Assembly (NCBI RefSeq): GCF_006345805.1
Contig: NC_043001.1
Span: forward strand, 105,958,001 to 106,022,000
Reading direction: 5' to 3'
Source: Octopus sinensis
Lineage: Eukaryota
DNA length: 64,000 nucleotides
In this document: one piece after another, positions 52,892 through 64,000 of the stretch
Layout of the letters: the number at the start of each line of letters is the position of its first letter
How positions within the stretch are numbered: position 1 is the first letter of the stretch
The notes under the pieces: generated by a model
Told to the model about the DNA's origin: nothing
The model's input: only the letters and a program-made list of their open reading frames with translations
Database searches by the model: none
Made by a program: the position numbers and the translations under genes

Positions 52892-53298
52892 AGGCGCAGG
52901 AGTGGCTGTGTGGTAAGTAGCTTGCTTACCAACCACATAGTTCCAGGTTCAGACCCACTGCGTGGCAACTTGATCAGCTGTCTTCTCCTATAGCATCGGG
53001 CCGACGAAAGCCTTGTGAGTGGATTTGGAAGATGGAAAATAAAAGAAGCCCGTCGTATATATGTATATATATATATATGTGTGTGTGTATATGTTTGTGT
53101 GTCTGTGTTTGTCCCCCCAACATCGCTTGACAACCGGTGGTCGTATGACTACGTCCCCGTAACTTAGCAGTTCGGCAAAAGACACCGATAGAATAAGTAG
53201 TAGGCTTACAAAGAATAAGTCCTAGTGTCGATTTGCTCGACTAAAGGTAGTGCTCCAGCATGGCCGCAATCAAATGACTGAAACACGTAAAGAGAATG
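52892..53298 (+). mobile_element. Full-length SINE family A
   Basis: Collinear with 4370-4833; short internal microsatellite. Confidence 0.9.
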
Positions 53299-53516
53299 AG
53301 ACGCATCCAGGGCTTGAATGTATAGCGAACACAAGATTATTGCTGGTGCATGCGTTATATCACGAACTGCAGGCAATCACTACATGCTTCATAATGAGAA
53401 ATTAGATGTCGTTCAAACTGGACATCTTTGTACGAGTAAGTTTTGATTTATACGAGCTTACTACACAACATAGCCTACATCGCATGCATATTGCTTTTGG
53501 AAGACACCTTTCGATT

Positions 53517-53666
53517 TTATTTACATTATTTACATTTGACGGGTATTTGTCCTCATCTTGCTTGATGTTAACACAACGTTTCGGCTGATATACCCTCCAG
53601 CCTTCATCAGGTGTCTTGGGGAAATTTCGAACGTGGGTTCTCATTACTTAACCACTACGCCATATG
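53517..53666 (-). mobile_element. Inverted, internally deleted copy of the family D SINE
   Basis: Reverse complement reads catatggcgtagtggttaag fused directly to taatgagaacccacg...cctgatgaaggctgg...gtaaataatgtaaataa. Confidence 0.85.
53570..53615 (-). ncRNA. Minimal type-I hammerhead ribozyme motif, intact core
   Basis: GACAC CUGAUGA A GGCUG GAGGGUAUAU CAGCC GAAA CG U U GUGUU. Stem I GACAC/GUGUU, stem II 5 bp, palindromic loopless stem III (AACGUU), GUU cleavage triplet. Confidence 0.75.
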
Positions 53667-53671
53667 ACCGT

Positions 53672-53749
53672 GAGCATATGGCGTAGTGGTTACGAGCGCA
53701 GGCTCTTAACCCGAAGATTCCGAGTTCGATTCCAAACAGTGACCTAAAT

Positions 53750-53809
<60 letters not shown>

Positions 53810-54022
53810 TGTAATAATAATAATAATAACATCGAAAAATACCTAAGAAATGAGAACCCAGGTTCGATATTTCCCCAGGACTCCTGATGAAGTCTGGAGG
53901 GTACATCAGCCGAAACGTTGTGTTAACAACAAACACGATGAGGACAAATATCTGTCAAATGTAAATAATGTAAATAATGTAAATAATATATATAATGCCT
54001 CAACTCTTAAATATAGAACTGT
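53672..54022 (+). mobile_element. Family D SINE: tRNA-like head, (AAT)n, Penelope-type tail
   Basis: A box TGGCGTAGTGG, B box GTTCGATTCC, (AAT)n 53753-53829, tail with hammerhead. Confidence 0.85.
53879..53924 (+). ncRNA. Minimal hammerhead motif, core intact, one mismatch each in stems I and II
   Basis: GACUC CUGAUGA A GUCUG GAGGGUACAU CAGCC GAAA CG U U GUGUU. Confidence 0.6.
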
Positions 54023-54054
54023 GTTAACTTTCGAATTCTCTTTGAACAAATTAA

Positions 54055-54465
54055 AGGAGGGGAGTGGGTAGGAATTAAGATGGTTGCTTCCCAACCAAAT
54101 GCTCAAACGTTCGTCCAACTGTGTGACATCATGAATGACTACCTTGAAATATAGTCTCGGGCCAAACAAAATCTTTTGATTGATTTTTGATTGACGGAAA
54201 TTGACAGAAGCACCTCATCTAAATGTGTGTGAGTTTGTGTGTGTGTGTATGTATGTGTGTGTGTGTGCGCGTACCTGCGTGCATGCGTGGTGGTGAGCTT
54301 ACGTTCCCGTAGCTTACAAAACCCTCGAATAAGTATCCCGATAGAATAAGTATAAAGCCTACAAAATAATAAGCCTTGTGGGAGACTCGCTTTTCTAAAA
54401 TTCTTCAAGGCTCTGCTCCTCCCTCCTCATCCCCCCAGCATGTCTGATGACTAAAACAAGTAATA
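54055..54465 (+). mobile_element. Degenerate SINE family A
   Basis: ttgcttcccaacca...tatagtctcgggcc...gacggaaa...acgttcccgtagctta...ccgatagaataagta. Confidence 0.6.
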
Positions 54466-54960
54466 TAGAAAAGCTGAAAGATTAATACAAGGTTCACTGC
54501 TGTAACCATTTCATTAGAAGCATCTTCTTGCACTGTCACCGCTGATGGTGGACCGACCCTGGTATGTAGATGTATTTATGAACTTAGTGCAACAACCTGG
54601 TGAGGCGGGTGCCTTGATTAGTATTATGATATATGCCATATTCCTTGGCACGTCTCTGAAACAGTTCGTAGAGGTGACGTTTATATATTTTTTCTTTCGT
54701 TGGTTTTAATATGTCTTTAATACTTAATCCTTTCAAGTTAAACTTTTAATTTCATCATACAATGTACGATTTTAAATGTAATTAAAACTGATATTTTCTT
54801 AAATTCAATCGTTTCTATTTCAATTCAATCGTGTTTTATGCATTGCATTGACATTATCTATTTATATATATATTTGTGTATTTTGGAATTTTATTTCTAT
54901 TTTATAGAGAATATATGTATTACATAAAATTTCGATGCGTATATTTTAGTATATATATAT

Positions 54961-55064
<104 letters not shown>

Positions 55065-55114
55065 ATATATATGTGTGGTGTGTTTGTGTGTGTGCGTGTG
55101 TGTGTGTATGTATA

Positions 55115-55157
<43 letters not shown>

Positions 55158-55775
55158 ATAAATATATACACCCACATAATGTACCTGTCAGTGCACGAAA
55201 GGTATTTAAAAATGAATATTATATTGATTGTAGTATAAAAAGTTATCGTCGATTATTCCGCAAAACAGAATGAAACTGGATGGGTGGGGGCTAGTTTATA
55301 GATTATTGAGTTATGAGGACAGTGAAATGGGTAGGTTTAATAGCAAATCTTGACATTAGACAAAATGTCCACTGATACTCAATCCAATCAGTTCTGTGAT
55401 TGGTATATTTGAATATTAGTCAAATTATTTCTTCATTGTAAACATTTACTCTTTTATGAGTAGATGTAAAAGTTTAATGCAGGGAAAATTAGCACAGTAG
55501 CGTTTGGTTTTTTAGTTTGGTCTTTTTTTTTACCTTATTAATCATTTAATCGTAATTCAAAAGACTATATTCTGATTGATGTCCTATTTTCAATCTCTAA
55601 TCATGAAATGTTAACTTTTGATGAAAGAAATGTTTCTTCATCACTAATATACATATACACATATATGCATGTATATATTATGCGTATGCATATGTGTGTA
55701 GTGTGTGCGTATATATAAATGCATATATGTACACATATATATATATATATACATACACACACACACACACACACA

Positions 55776-55815
<40 letters not shown>

Positions 55816-57285
55816 CCTACATATATACACACGTATGAGAGAGAAAAGTAATCGGCCTTTCTCTTTTATGAGTTTTTTAGAATGTTAGAAGAGTTAGCAA
55901 AATTAGAATTAAACTGTTTCAGAGAGTTGTATATAAATATACATTATAAACTACCAAATCAATTGGATTGATCTTTTTTAAGCAACTGAATATAAATATA
56001 TATCTTCAATAAGTTTATATTATGAAGAAATATTTGTGATCGATTAGAGTTCAATCAAACGAAATAATACGCATATTGACTTGTTAAATCTAATAAAGAT
56101 TGATTTTGTGTGTCTAAAATAAATCATTTATATTTTAGAGCGGATGTTATTTTTCTTCAATGGAGGCTGTATACTTATCTGTTTTTTTTTGCCGCAGAAT
56201 ACTATGATTTCTGGCAAGTTATGACCAAAATGTTGTTTCGATTATTTCATACTTTCATAGATGACGCATTCGAGAGATTCTTTTCTCTCTTATCCGAAAT
56301 ACAGAATATATATATGTGCCATATAAAGGACTTAATACCGACCAAATGCGACGGAATTGTAGTTTTCCAAACTTTTAAAATTTTGTTCTTTTACTTCCGA
56401 AGCACATGCATCCCACATGTTCTGACGTTATATTTCCATGTAACAAATGAACTTTAGAACAATTACAAACATACAAAAATTAATTATGCAAGCATTCACA
56501 CGCAATCACAAAATGGTGTCTAGTCGAATAAAATCTGTACGTATGTGTAGATTCTCGACTAAGTTGAATTCTCTTAATGTATATCATCAGCTTAGATGTA
56601 AAATTTAACGCCAAGCAATGACGTTATATTCGTGTTAATTATCTGCAAATCGCTTACAATTCAAACACATTTCTCTTAGAAATATAATACTAAAACTATG
56701 GCGGTATAAGCAGTGAAATAACTCAGAAACAATACACTGAGTTATGTTTAAAAAAAAACCTACATTATTACGTAATTTTATAGCAGATGTTTTATACATA
56801 AAACTCAATAGAAACAAAATTAATAATACAATACATTTAAATACTCATTGTTTGCAAAATGGTAAGATACTCTGGATATTTAAATCTACTTTCGATGTTT
56901 CAATATGCATGCACCGATCTTTAAATTAAAGTTACACAATACAAAAACAAATATCATAACGTCACTTTCGTATCAAATCACTGAAGAAGAAAGGAACGAT
57001 GGTTGATATACTGTTATTACATCAGAAAAACCTAATTATTCTCTTCATGGAACGAAAGTATTGGAGAGTTTTTAACATTCAACACACTGTATTGCAATAA
57101 ATAAAATAATAGATCTGTGTATATGTGCGTTGTAGGATGAAAACTAATATGGGCAGGTTAGGTTGGAAAACAATATAATATTGTGCTTTTCTATTGAGGA
57201 CTGATATTTAATAACACATCACGTCATTGAATATGAATGATTGTGCTGAAAATGGTTACACACACACACAAACCTATAGATAGAT

Positions 57286-57326
<41 letters not shown>

Positions 57327-59130
57327 CACAGAGACACACAGACAGATAAATAGATCGAAATATACGTATATCTGTATGTATATCTATATTTACATACACA
57401 TGGATATAATGTATGTATGCGAGTATGTGTATTTGTGTGTGTGTGTGCGTGTATAAGTTGTATAGTTATGCATGCACTTTATGTGAGTTTCTGCGTTTTA
57501 TTCATAAAATGTGGACGAAATGAAAACTCCAATATCACACGAGCAATAAGTTGCCATTTCACGATGTTTTTATAACATGCATCTTGATGGAGATGTTATT
57601 GAACGCAAGAATATTGCTAATCCTGTCAACAAATATTGTATTAGATTCAACTGATTTGGCGTTAAGAATTAAGGAGTACTTCACGGTTAGGCACCTTTTA
57701 ATGGCATAACACTGGAAATACGATACCAGCTTTGTTATGCAGATATCAACTTAATTTTCCAGTGTTAGATTGAATGTCGGCGCGAATGGTTGTAACGGTG
57801 TAAAACCTGAGCATGTGAAACCATGCCAGGTCATGAAAAAGAATTTTTAAAAAATCATAATGTATTGTAGTTTTCATAATATTCTCCGTAAGGTCTTGCG
57901 GATATCACGTTGAAAATATTGCAATGTAAGTATATTCAGGCAGTTTATATAAGATATTATATCAACCGGTAAGTTATATATCACTTAATGCTGAAATCAA
58001 ATATAAATTTTCAAACGATTTTTAAAATAGAATTAGTAAATGCTCTTATGATCTCCCCTTGAGGAAAGCAAGTGAATAAAGACGGCTTACAATAACTCAT
58101 GTCACTAGTGATGTCTACGTAAAGTGAGAAACATCGCTTAGACCAACAAGATGTAAGCATAGATAACACCTGTTTCGATGCATTATGTATCATGAACGTG
58201 GCCACCTATACAGTTAGGAGCTTCATTAAACAATTCGATACTCATGTCAGGCATTAACATAGATTACATAAAATATAAAATATAAAATATACAGAATGAC
58301 TGTCACAGGTATTTTTGCCTCCGAATAATAGGTTCAAACAGTTTCAACTACAAAAAGAAGTCCAGGGACTCGATCTGAGAACTGTTATTTGCGTTATGGA
58401 TGGCCGGATAACATATGTTGACTTCACAAGCGATCAACTTATAGAAAGATCTACTACACACATGATTTCAAGTCTAACGTTATGTTACAGTTATATTTAC
58501 ATGGAATTTAATTGGCCGTGCATAAACTGAAATTTCGCTGATAAAATCATCACATACTGGACAAGGAAGCACATGAAATATCTACTTAACAGCTAAAGGG
58601 AATCTATTAAATTGCCCATAATTCGGGAAACATTCACATAAGCTTCCCATCCAGAGTACTTCAATTTATAGAATATAAAACACATCCTAGTCCCACCATG
58701 ACAGAAATCCTTGCCGCTTGACACAAATAATTTCCCAGCTTATCAACTTTTCCTCAACACCATCAAGTACCCTTTCATATAAGTGGTCATCGAAGGATTA
58801 AGCGCATCCTCACACCACGTTCGCTACCGTGTCCTCTTGAGCACTTCCAGCATCGCCACATATTCATCCTAAAGATTGCATATAGAATGTCATCTAAAGA
58901 CCGTAATAATATTTTCTACTCTAGGCGCCAATCCCGAAATTTGGTGGGATGCGACCGATGGAATTTGAACTCAACGTAAAGAGAGGAATATTTTTTTTTT
59001 TACTCTAAGCACATATAGCGAGAGTGAGAGATATTTAGGAAGCGACTAAGGGATAAAATATCCGTATATACTATCGATGCGCTAATTGATCTATGTTTTT
59101 CTCCATTTTTAATTATATACATGTATATAT

Positions 59131-59188
<58 letters not shown>

Positions 59189-60716
59189 ATATATATATAT
59201 TATAATATATATATATATATATATAAATATATCCTGCTCTATCATTGTCACTTTCTCTTTGTCTCTCACTTCTCTCTCCACACGCACGTACACATACACA
59301 CATATATACATATACATATACATTTATACAAATTTATATATACCTATGTGTGTGCGTGTCCATGTGTGTGCCTGTGTGTGTATGGAAAGAGGATGACACA
59401 GAGAGAGGGAGATAGATAAAAAGACAGGCAGAGAGAGAGAGAGAGAGGGAGATGTGGGCATTTGCGCGTTTGTGAGATATGTATTGCAATTCTAATTCTC
59501 CCCTTTTGTGTACCGGCTTTTTAATCCAAAACTTAAAGATTTTCACCTGTTTATTTAATTCACCATCACTGAAAGGACTTACTGATATCGTTGAAACACC
59601 ATTTAAAATGGCGCACCTAGATTTGATATAAACCTAATCTATCGTTCACACATAAGCCTTCCTATATAATATATAAAGCTTTCGATACAATACATAACCT
59701 TCTAGACACAATTCCCTCTGCCTTTACCTACCAACATTATTAACTGCTAGCGAAGTCTTTTCCTTGAAATTAATATGTTGTATTTCCGCTCGCAAAATCA
59801 CGTAGTCTTTGATAACTACTTCTACTTAATGAAGCCATTTTATATTGGCTTGAGCTTAACTCATACTCTTTGAATTCAATTCATTAAATTTCAGGTAAAA
59901 GATGTTATTAATACCAGTACCATCACATTTGAAGTTAGCTCATTTTACCATGGTTTCATATAACTTTATTCTGTGTTTATTCTTTTTGTTCACAGATTAT
60001 ATATTGTATTCCTTCTTTTCATGCCATCACATATAAATCTTATTTATGATATAGCAATGGCATTCAATGGATCACTGAAATCTGTATTAACACAATAAAC
60101 ACATCGGACAATGACGTTGTTTCATACTAAAGTCATCATTAATTTTCGTAGCGCCTTTCTACTTAGTAGGCCGCCGTTTGCGTCTGTATGCATTTTCTCT
60201 TCCGCTAAACTTTAAAACGCACCTTCGTAAAAGGCACATACCTTTAATGTTTCCTTATTGAATTGAAAGCACATACAATCTGAAACACTTTATCCTGCCC
60301 CAGCAAACATGAGGTTATGATTTTAGATACAAAACGCATGTATTATTCCAATACATACAGTTATGAAACGAATAAGGTCTAGAGTGTCCGGTACAACCAC
60401 TCGATTCGTAGAGGGCAGTATTTTCCAATTCGGCAACAGGAACTTTTCCATATGTTTACAACTAATGGGTATATCACATCTGGGATTCAGTAGTGCGGTG
60501 CAGTTCTTAGATTATTAAGGTACGGATAGTTTGTATTTCTTTTGTTCAATTGATATATGGCACAAATTTTCAACTATTTCTCACCTTTTTCTTTTTGTTT
60601 TGTGGTGTAACGTTAGACTTCGAACCAGATAAGTGTCTAGGCAATTTCGTGGTTTTACATCTGTCCCTACGCTGTGTGTGTGTATGTGTGTGTGTATGTA
60701 TGTATATGTATATATG

Positions 60717-60753
<37 letters not shown>

Positions 60754-61145
60754 GTATGTATATATACGTATGTATATATACGTATGTATGTATATATATA
60801 ATATATAACATATACGTATGATATGATATATATTCATATATAGACATAAAATTCACGAACTCACACTTTAACCTATATAAGCATACACACACACAAATAC
60901 ACACACATATTTTCTTTTATGTTAGTATTTGCAAATTCTTCACCCAACCACCATTCTGTTGTTCTAATCAACCGAAATGATCATTACACCATTGCCAGAT
61001 CGTTATGTGAAATATGGAACTGCTTGCTTAGAACTCATATAAGCTTCTGCACAATCGAGAAAAGAATATTTAAGTCACTTTTTAAAAATTTGTTTCGTTG
61101 TTATGGATATGTGTGTATATATGTCTGTATATATGTGCATGTATG

Positions 61146-61176
<31 letters not shown>

Positions 61177-62132
61177 TGTGTGTGTGTGTGTGTGCGTACG
61201 TGCTTGTCTAATTTCGAAGCCATTACTAATTATTTGAGCTTCATTATCAACGAGTGTATCTCAAACAAAGGGGTGTATACTCTGAAATATTTCATTTTCT
61301 TTTGCAAACGCATTTTTTTCCTATGAAAAAAGAAATACAGCTCCTTATTATGTTTAACAATAAACATTGAATTTGGTTGATTTTTTTCCTGTGAAAAAGT
61401 TATATATCTTTCAGTCTCCTCTGATACAGTTTACGTATGAAAGAAATATGACTGAAGCGGCAATAGATCCATATCTCCAAGTTGATTGTGAAAGTATGAA
61501 AATAATTCGCAACCATTGTTGTAGGTCATTCCTTATCAGAATATTACAGAGAATAAAAAATAAAATAACGGGTAATGTTCTCGCAAAAAGAATATAATTT
61601 TTCTAGGTGGAAATTGATTGAAACTACGATCAATATGTTATTTTCACACGGCTGGTTATTCACACAGATATGTGAACTGCAGGGAGATGGCGCTGTTGAT
61701 GGCGAACATAACAGCCAACCAAGTTTTATGTGGTCTGTATATTTGCTGTTCCTGCTCTATTGAATCTTTAAACAATGTCTTTAACCCCAAGCTTCCCACT
61801 ATACATAGCTATTAGCATATTTTACACGAAGGGAAGAGTCATGTGAGTTACACATGTATAGTAATCAATACTTGACGCGTATTTTATTAATTGTCGGGGC
61901 TGGTAGAGCACCAATTTATAAAGTTAACATTCAATCCTCTACATCTGCATTTTTACCTTTATTTATTTTACGTATTTTATGAATTAACTCCTTAAAACAT
62001 TAATTAAAGACTGCGCATATAAGATATCTACTTCAAAATATTTTCTGTTCTGTAACTCACGTTTTTACACCCAAACAGAGGAGCGTCTGTTTGTCAGCGA
62101 TGCAATAACAACAGCAAAATATTATGTATTAT

Positions 62133-62388
62133 CTTTTACTCGGTTCAATCATTATACTGCGGTCATACTGGAGCACCGATTCAAGGAATATTTATTCGAA
62201 TGTATCAACAGCAGGTTTTATTCTATTATAGCTTGACACATATTGTATCGGGGACTATTATCGAAACTCCAACTTAAGGAGACACCGGGCCGTCAGGCAG
62301 TGGCGGGTATAAGAGATACAAAGACACCCACACATCCACACTTTCACATATATATGTATGTGTGTGTATACACACATATATATGTATG

Positions 62389-62437
<49 letters not shown>

Positions 62438-62518
62438 GTGTATATATATATATATATATTATATATATATACATATATATATATATATACATATATACTA
62501 TATATATATATATATAAT

Positions 62519-62581
<63 letters not shown>

Positions 62582-62772
62582 AATATATATATATACATAT
62601 ATTATATACACGGCGGTCTTCTTTTAATATCCATCTGCCAACCCCGCTTACAAGGCTTTGCTTTAATCGAGGCTATAGTAGAGAACACTTACCTCCTAAG
62701 GTGCCACGCAAAGGGCCTGAACCCGGATCTAAATGGTGGCGAAGCCGCCTCCTTACAACACAGCCACGCCTG
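62133..62772 (-). mobile_element. SINE family A with a greatly expanded internal (TA)n (~260 nt)
   Basis: 3' module 62133-62340; head 62610-62772 ending acagccacgcctg. Confidence 0.7.
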
Positions 62773-63550
62773 AGCCTATACTACGACTTTTGTCCTCGAC
62801 AAAGTTCTTCATGTTTGTTGCTGTTTGTTACTCTTATTGGTACTATTGTGTTCGTGTTTTTACTCTTTGTTCTTTTTTTTCTTCTAGCTGGATTTGGGAC
62901 CTGATTGTCTCGAGGTACAATCACAAGAGATTTTGACTTGAGGATTCTGTACGTATATTTTATTTCCTTCTTTCATTTTGTGACATTTTGTACCACATTT
63001 GCGATTATTTGTTTTATCGTTTATTAAGTTTTGTAGGTGGAGTTTCAGATAATCCCGGGGACTAATTCTACAATCTGAAATGAAGATGTCGGGCTGGCTT
63101 GTTGGTTTGTCAACAGTAACAAAACAGTACACGTTACCATGACTCAGCCATTCTAAAAATAAACGTCTTGTTGTAATTAACTTGTTGAATGTAGATCAAT
63201 TAAAGATAACAGAGCAATCATTGAAACGGATATCGACCTATTCTAATTAGTAGCATCTTTCACTTGCATTACATCGTTTTTAGCTCCTGTAAACATGAAA
63301 TTTTAAAATCGATATAAGTTATATGAATTTGTCCGATACTGTTTTCTTTGTAATTTAAGTATAGACTTGAAAGAAATTCATGACAAAGATTTAAAGATGG
63401 GATGCATGAATTTTGATTAATACGACCAAGAGTTTGCATTTCAGTGAAACCTTTTTTTATATGCTTGAAAGTGGTTTATGTATTTCAGAAAAGGGGGAAT
63501 TTCAATGTAAACGTGGCCTTGTAGTGAGAAGTGTACTTCCATTTATATGA

Positions 63551-63670
63551 AACCGAGTTCAGTTCCACTGCATGACACCTGGTGGGGCGAGTGTCTTCTA
63601 TTAAAGATTAAAGCCGCGTGGATGGATTTGGAAGACGGAAACTGAAAGGAACCTGACGTATATATGTACA
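63551..63670 (+). mobile_element. SINE family A head fragment
   Basis: gagttcagttccactgc...gtgtcttcta...ggatttggaagacggaaactgaaag. Confidence 0.7.
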
Positions 63671-63673
63671 TAT

Positions 63674-63719
<46 letters not shown>

Positions 63720-63789
63720 TAATATATATATATATATATACATAGGAGACAGGGGTACGTTACGCAGCAATAATATATGTATAGAAATT

Positions 63790-64000
63790 AAATATAAATT
63801 ACAAAATGGGACAAGAACGCAAAAACTTGGTTTTTATTTCTATTTTTTGTTTCTTGTATTTATATTCGTGTGGCATCCTGTCCTTCTTTCGTATACATTC
63901 GATCCTCTTTCCAAGAAATCTAATGCCCGTAGCTTAGTTTTTCTTTGGGGCTGGCCGTATCGGAGCAATATCAGGATTAATCAGCCGAAATTGCTAAGAT
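63790..64000. mobile_element. Probable Penelope-type repeat fragment, cut by the window end
   Basis: ggctg...cagccgaaa stem plus GAAA resembles the family D tail; otherwise recognition is from memory only. Confidence 0.3.

Noticed and set aside
53672-53745. Functional tRNA gene (also 45562-45640 and 32768-32840)
   Set aside because: A and B boxes are present but there is no complete cloverleaf or acceptor stem, and each continues into SINE body sequence.
55828-56500. Third mariner-like element starting tacacgtatgagagagaaaagtaatcggcc
   Set aside because: No matching right TIR or transposase motif found.
61680-61700. CTCF-like site cagggagatggcgctg
   Set aside because: Single partial motif with no supporting context.

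Overview
AT-rich eukaryotic genomic DNA, dense in microsatellites. The repeat families look like those of a coleoid cephalopod, probably Octopus; this is recognition from memory, not a database search. I found no host gene exon I can support, so the window is probably intergenic or intronic. Nearly all ORFs in the supplied track are translations of microsatellites or fragments of dead transposons. Identifiable content: (i) at least four tRNA-headed SINE families, labelled A-D here; (ii) decayed autonomous elements, namely an R4/Dong-type RLE LINE 3' end, a Penelope-like RT, an RTE-type RT and two Tc1/mariner remnants; (iii) near-identical tandem duplications of about 294 bp and about 1.96 kb whose junctions lie in microsatellites; (iv) a 358-bp fold-back element. 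Two things stand out. First, a highly diverged ~310-bp tandem array of about 17-18 units lies at ~31.6-37.9 kb and is not explained by any element I recognise. Second, minimal hammerhead-ribozyme-like motifs sit in Penelope-type repeats, including a tRNA-head/(AAT)n/hammerhead SINE that forms a fold-back palindrome at 53.5-54.0 kb. All alignments and folds were done by eye, and boundaries are approximate unless exact motifs are quoted.
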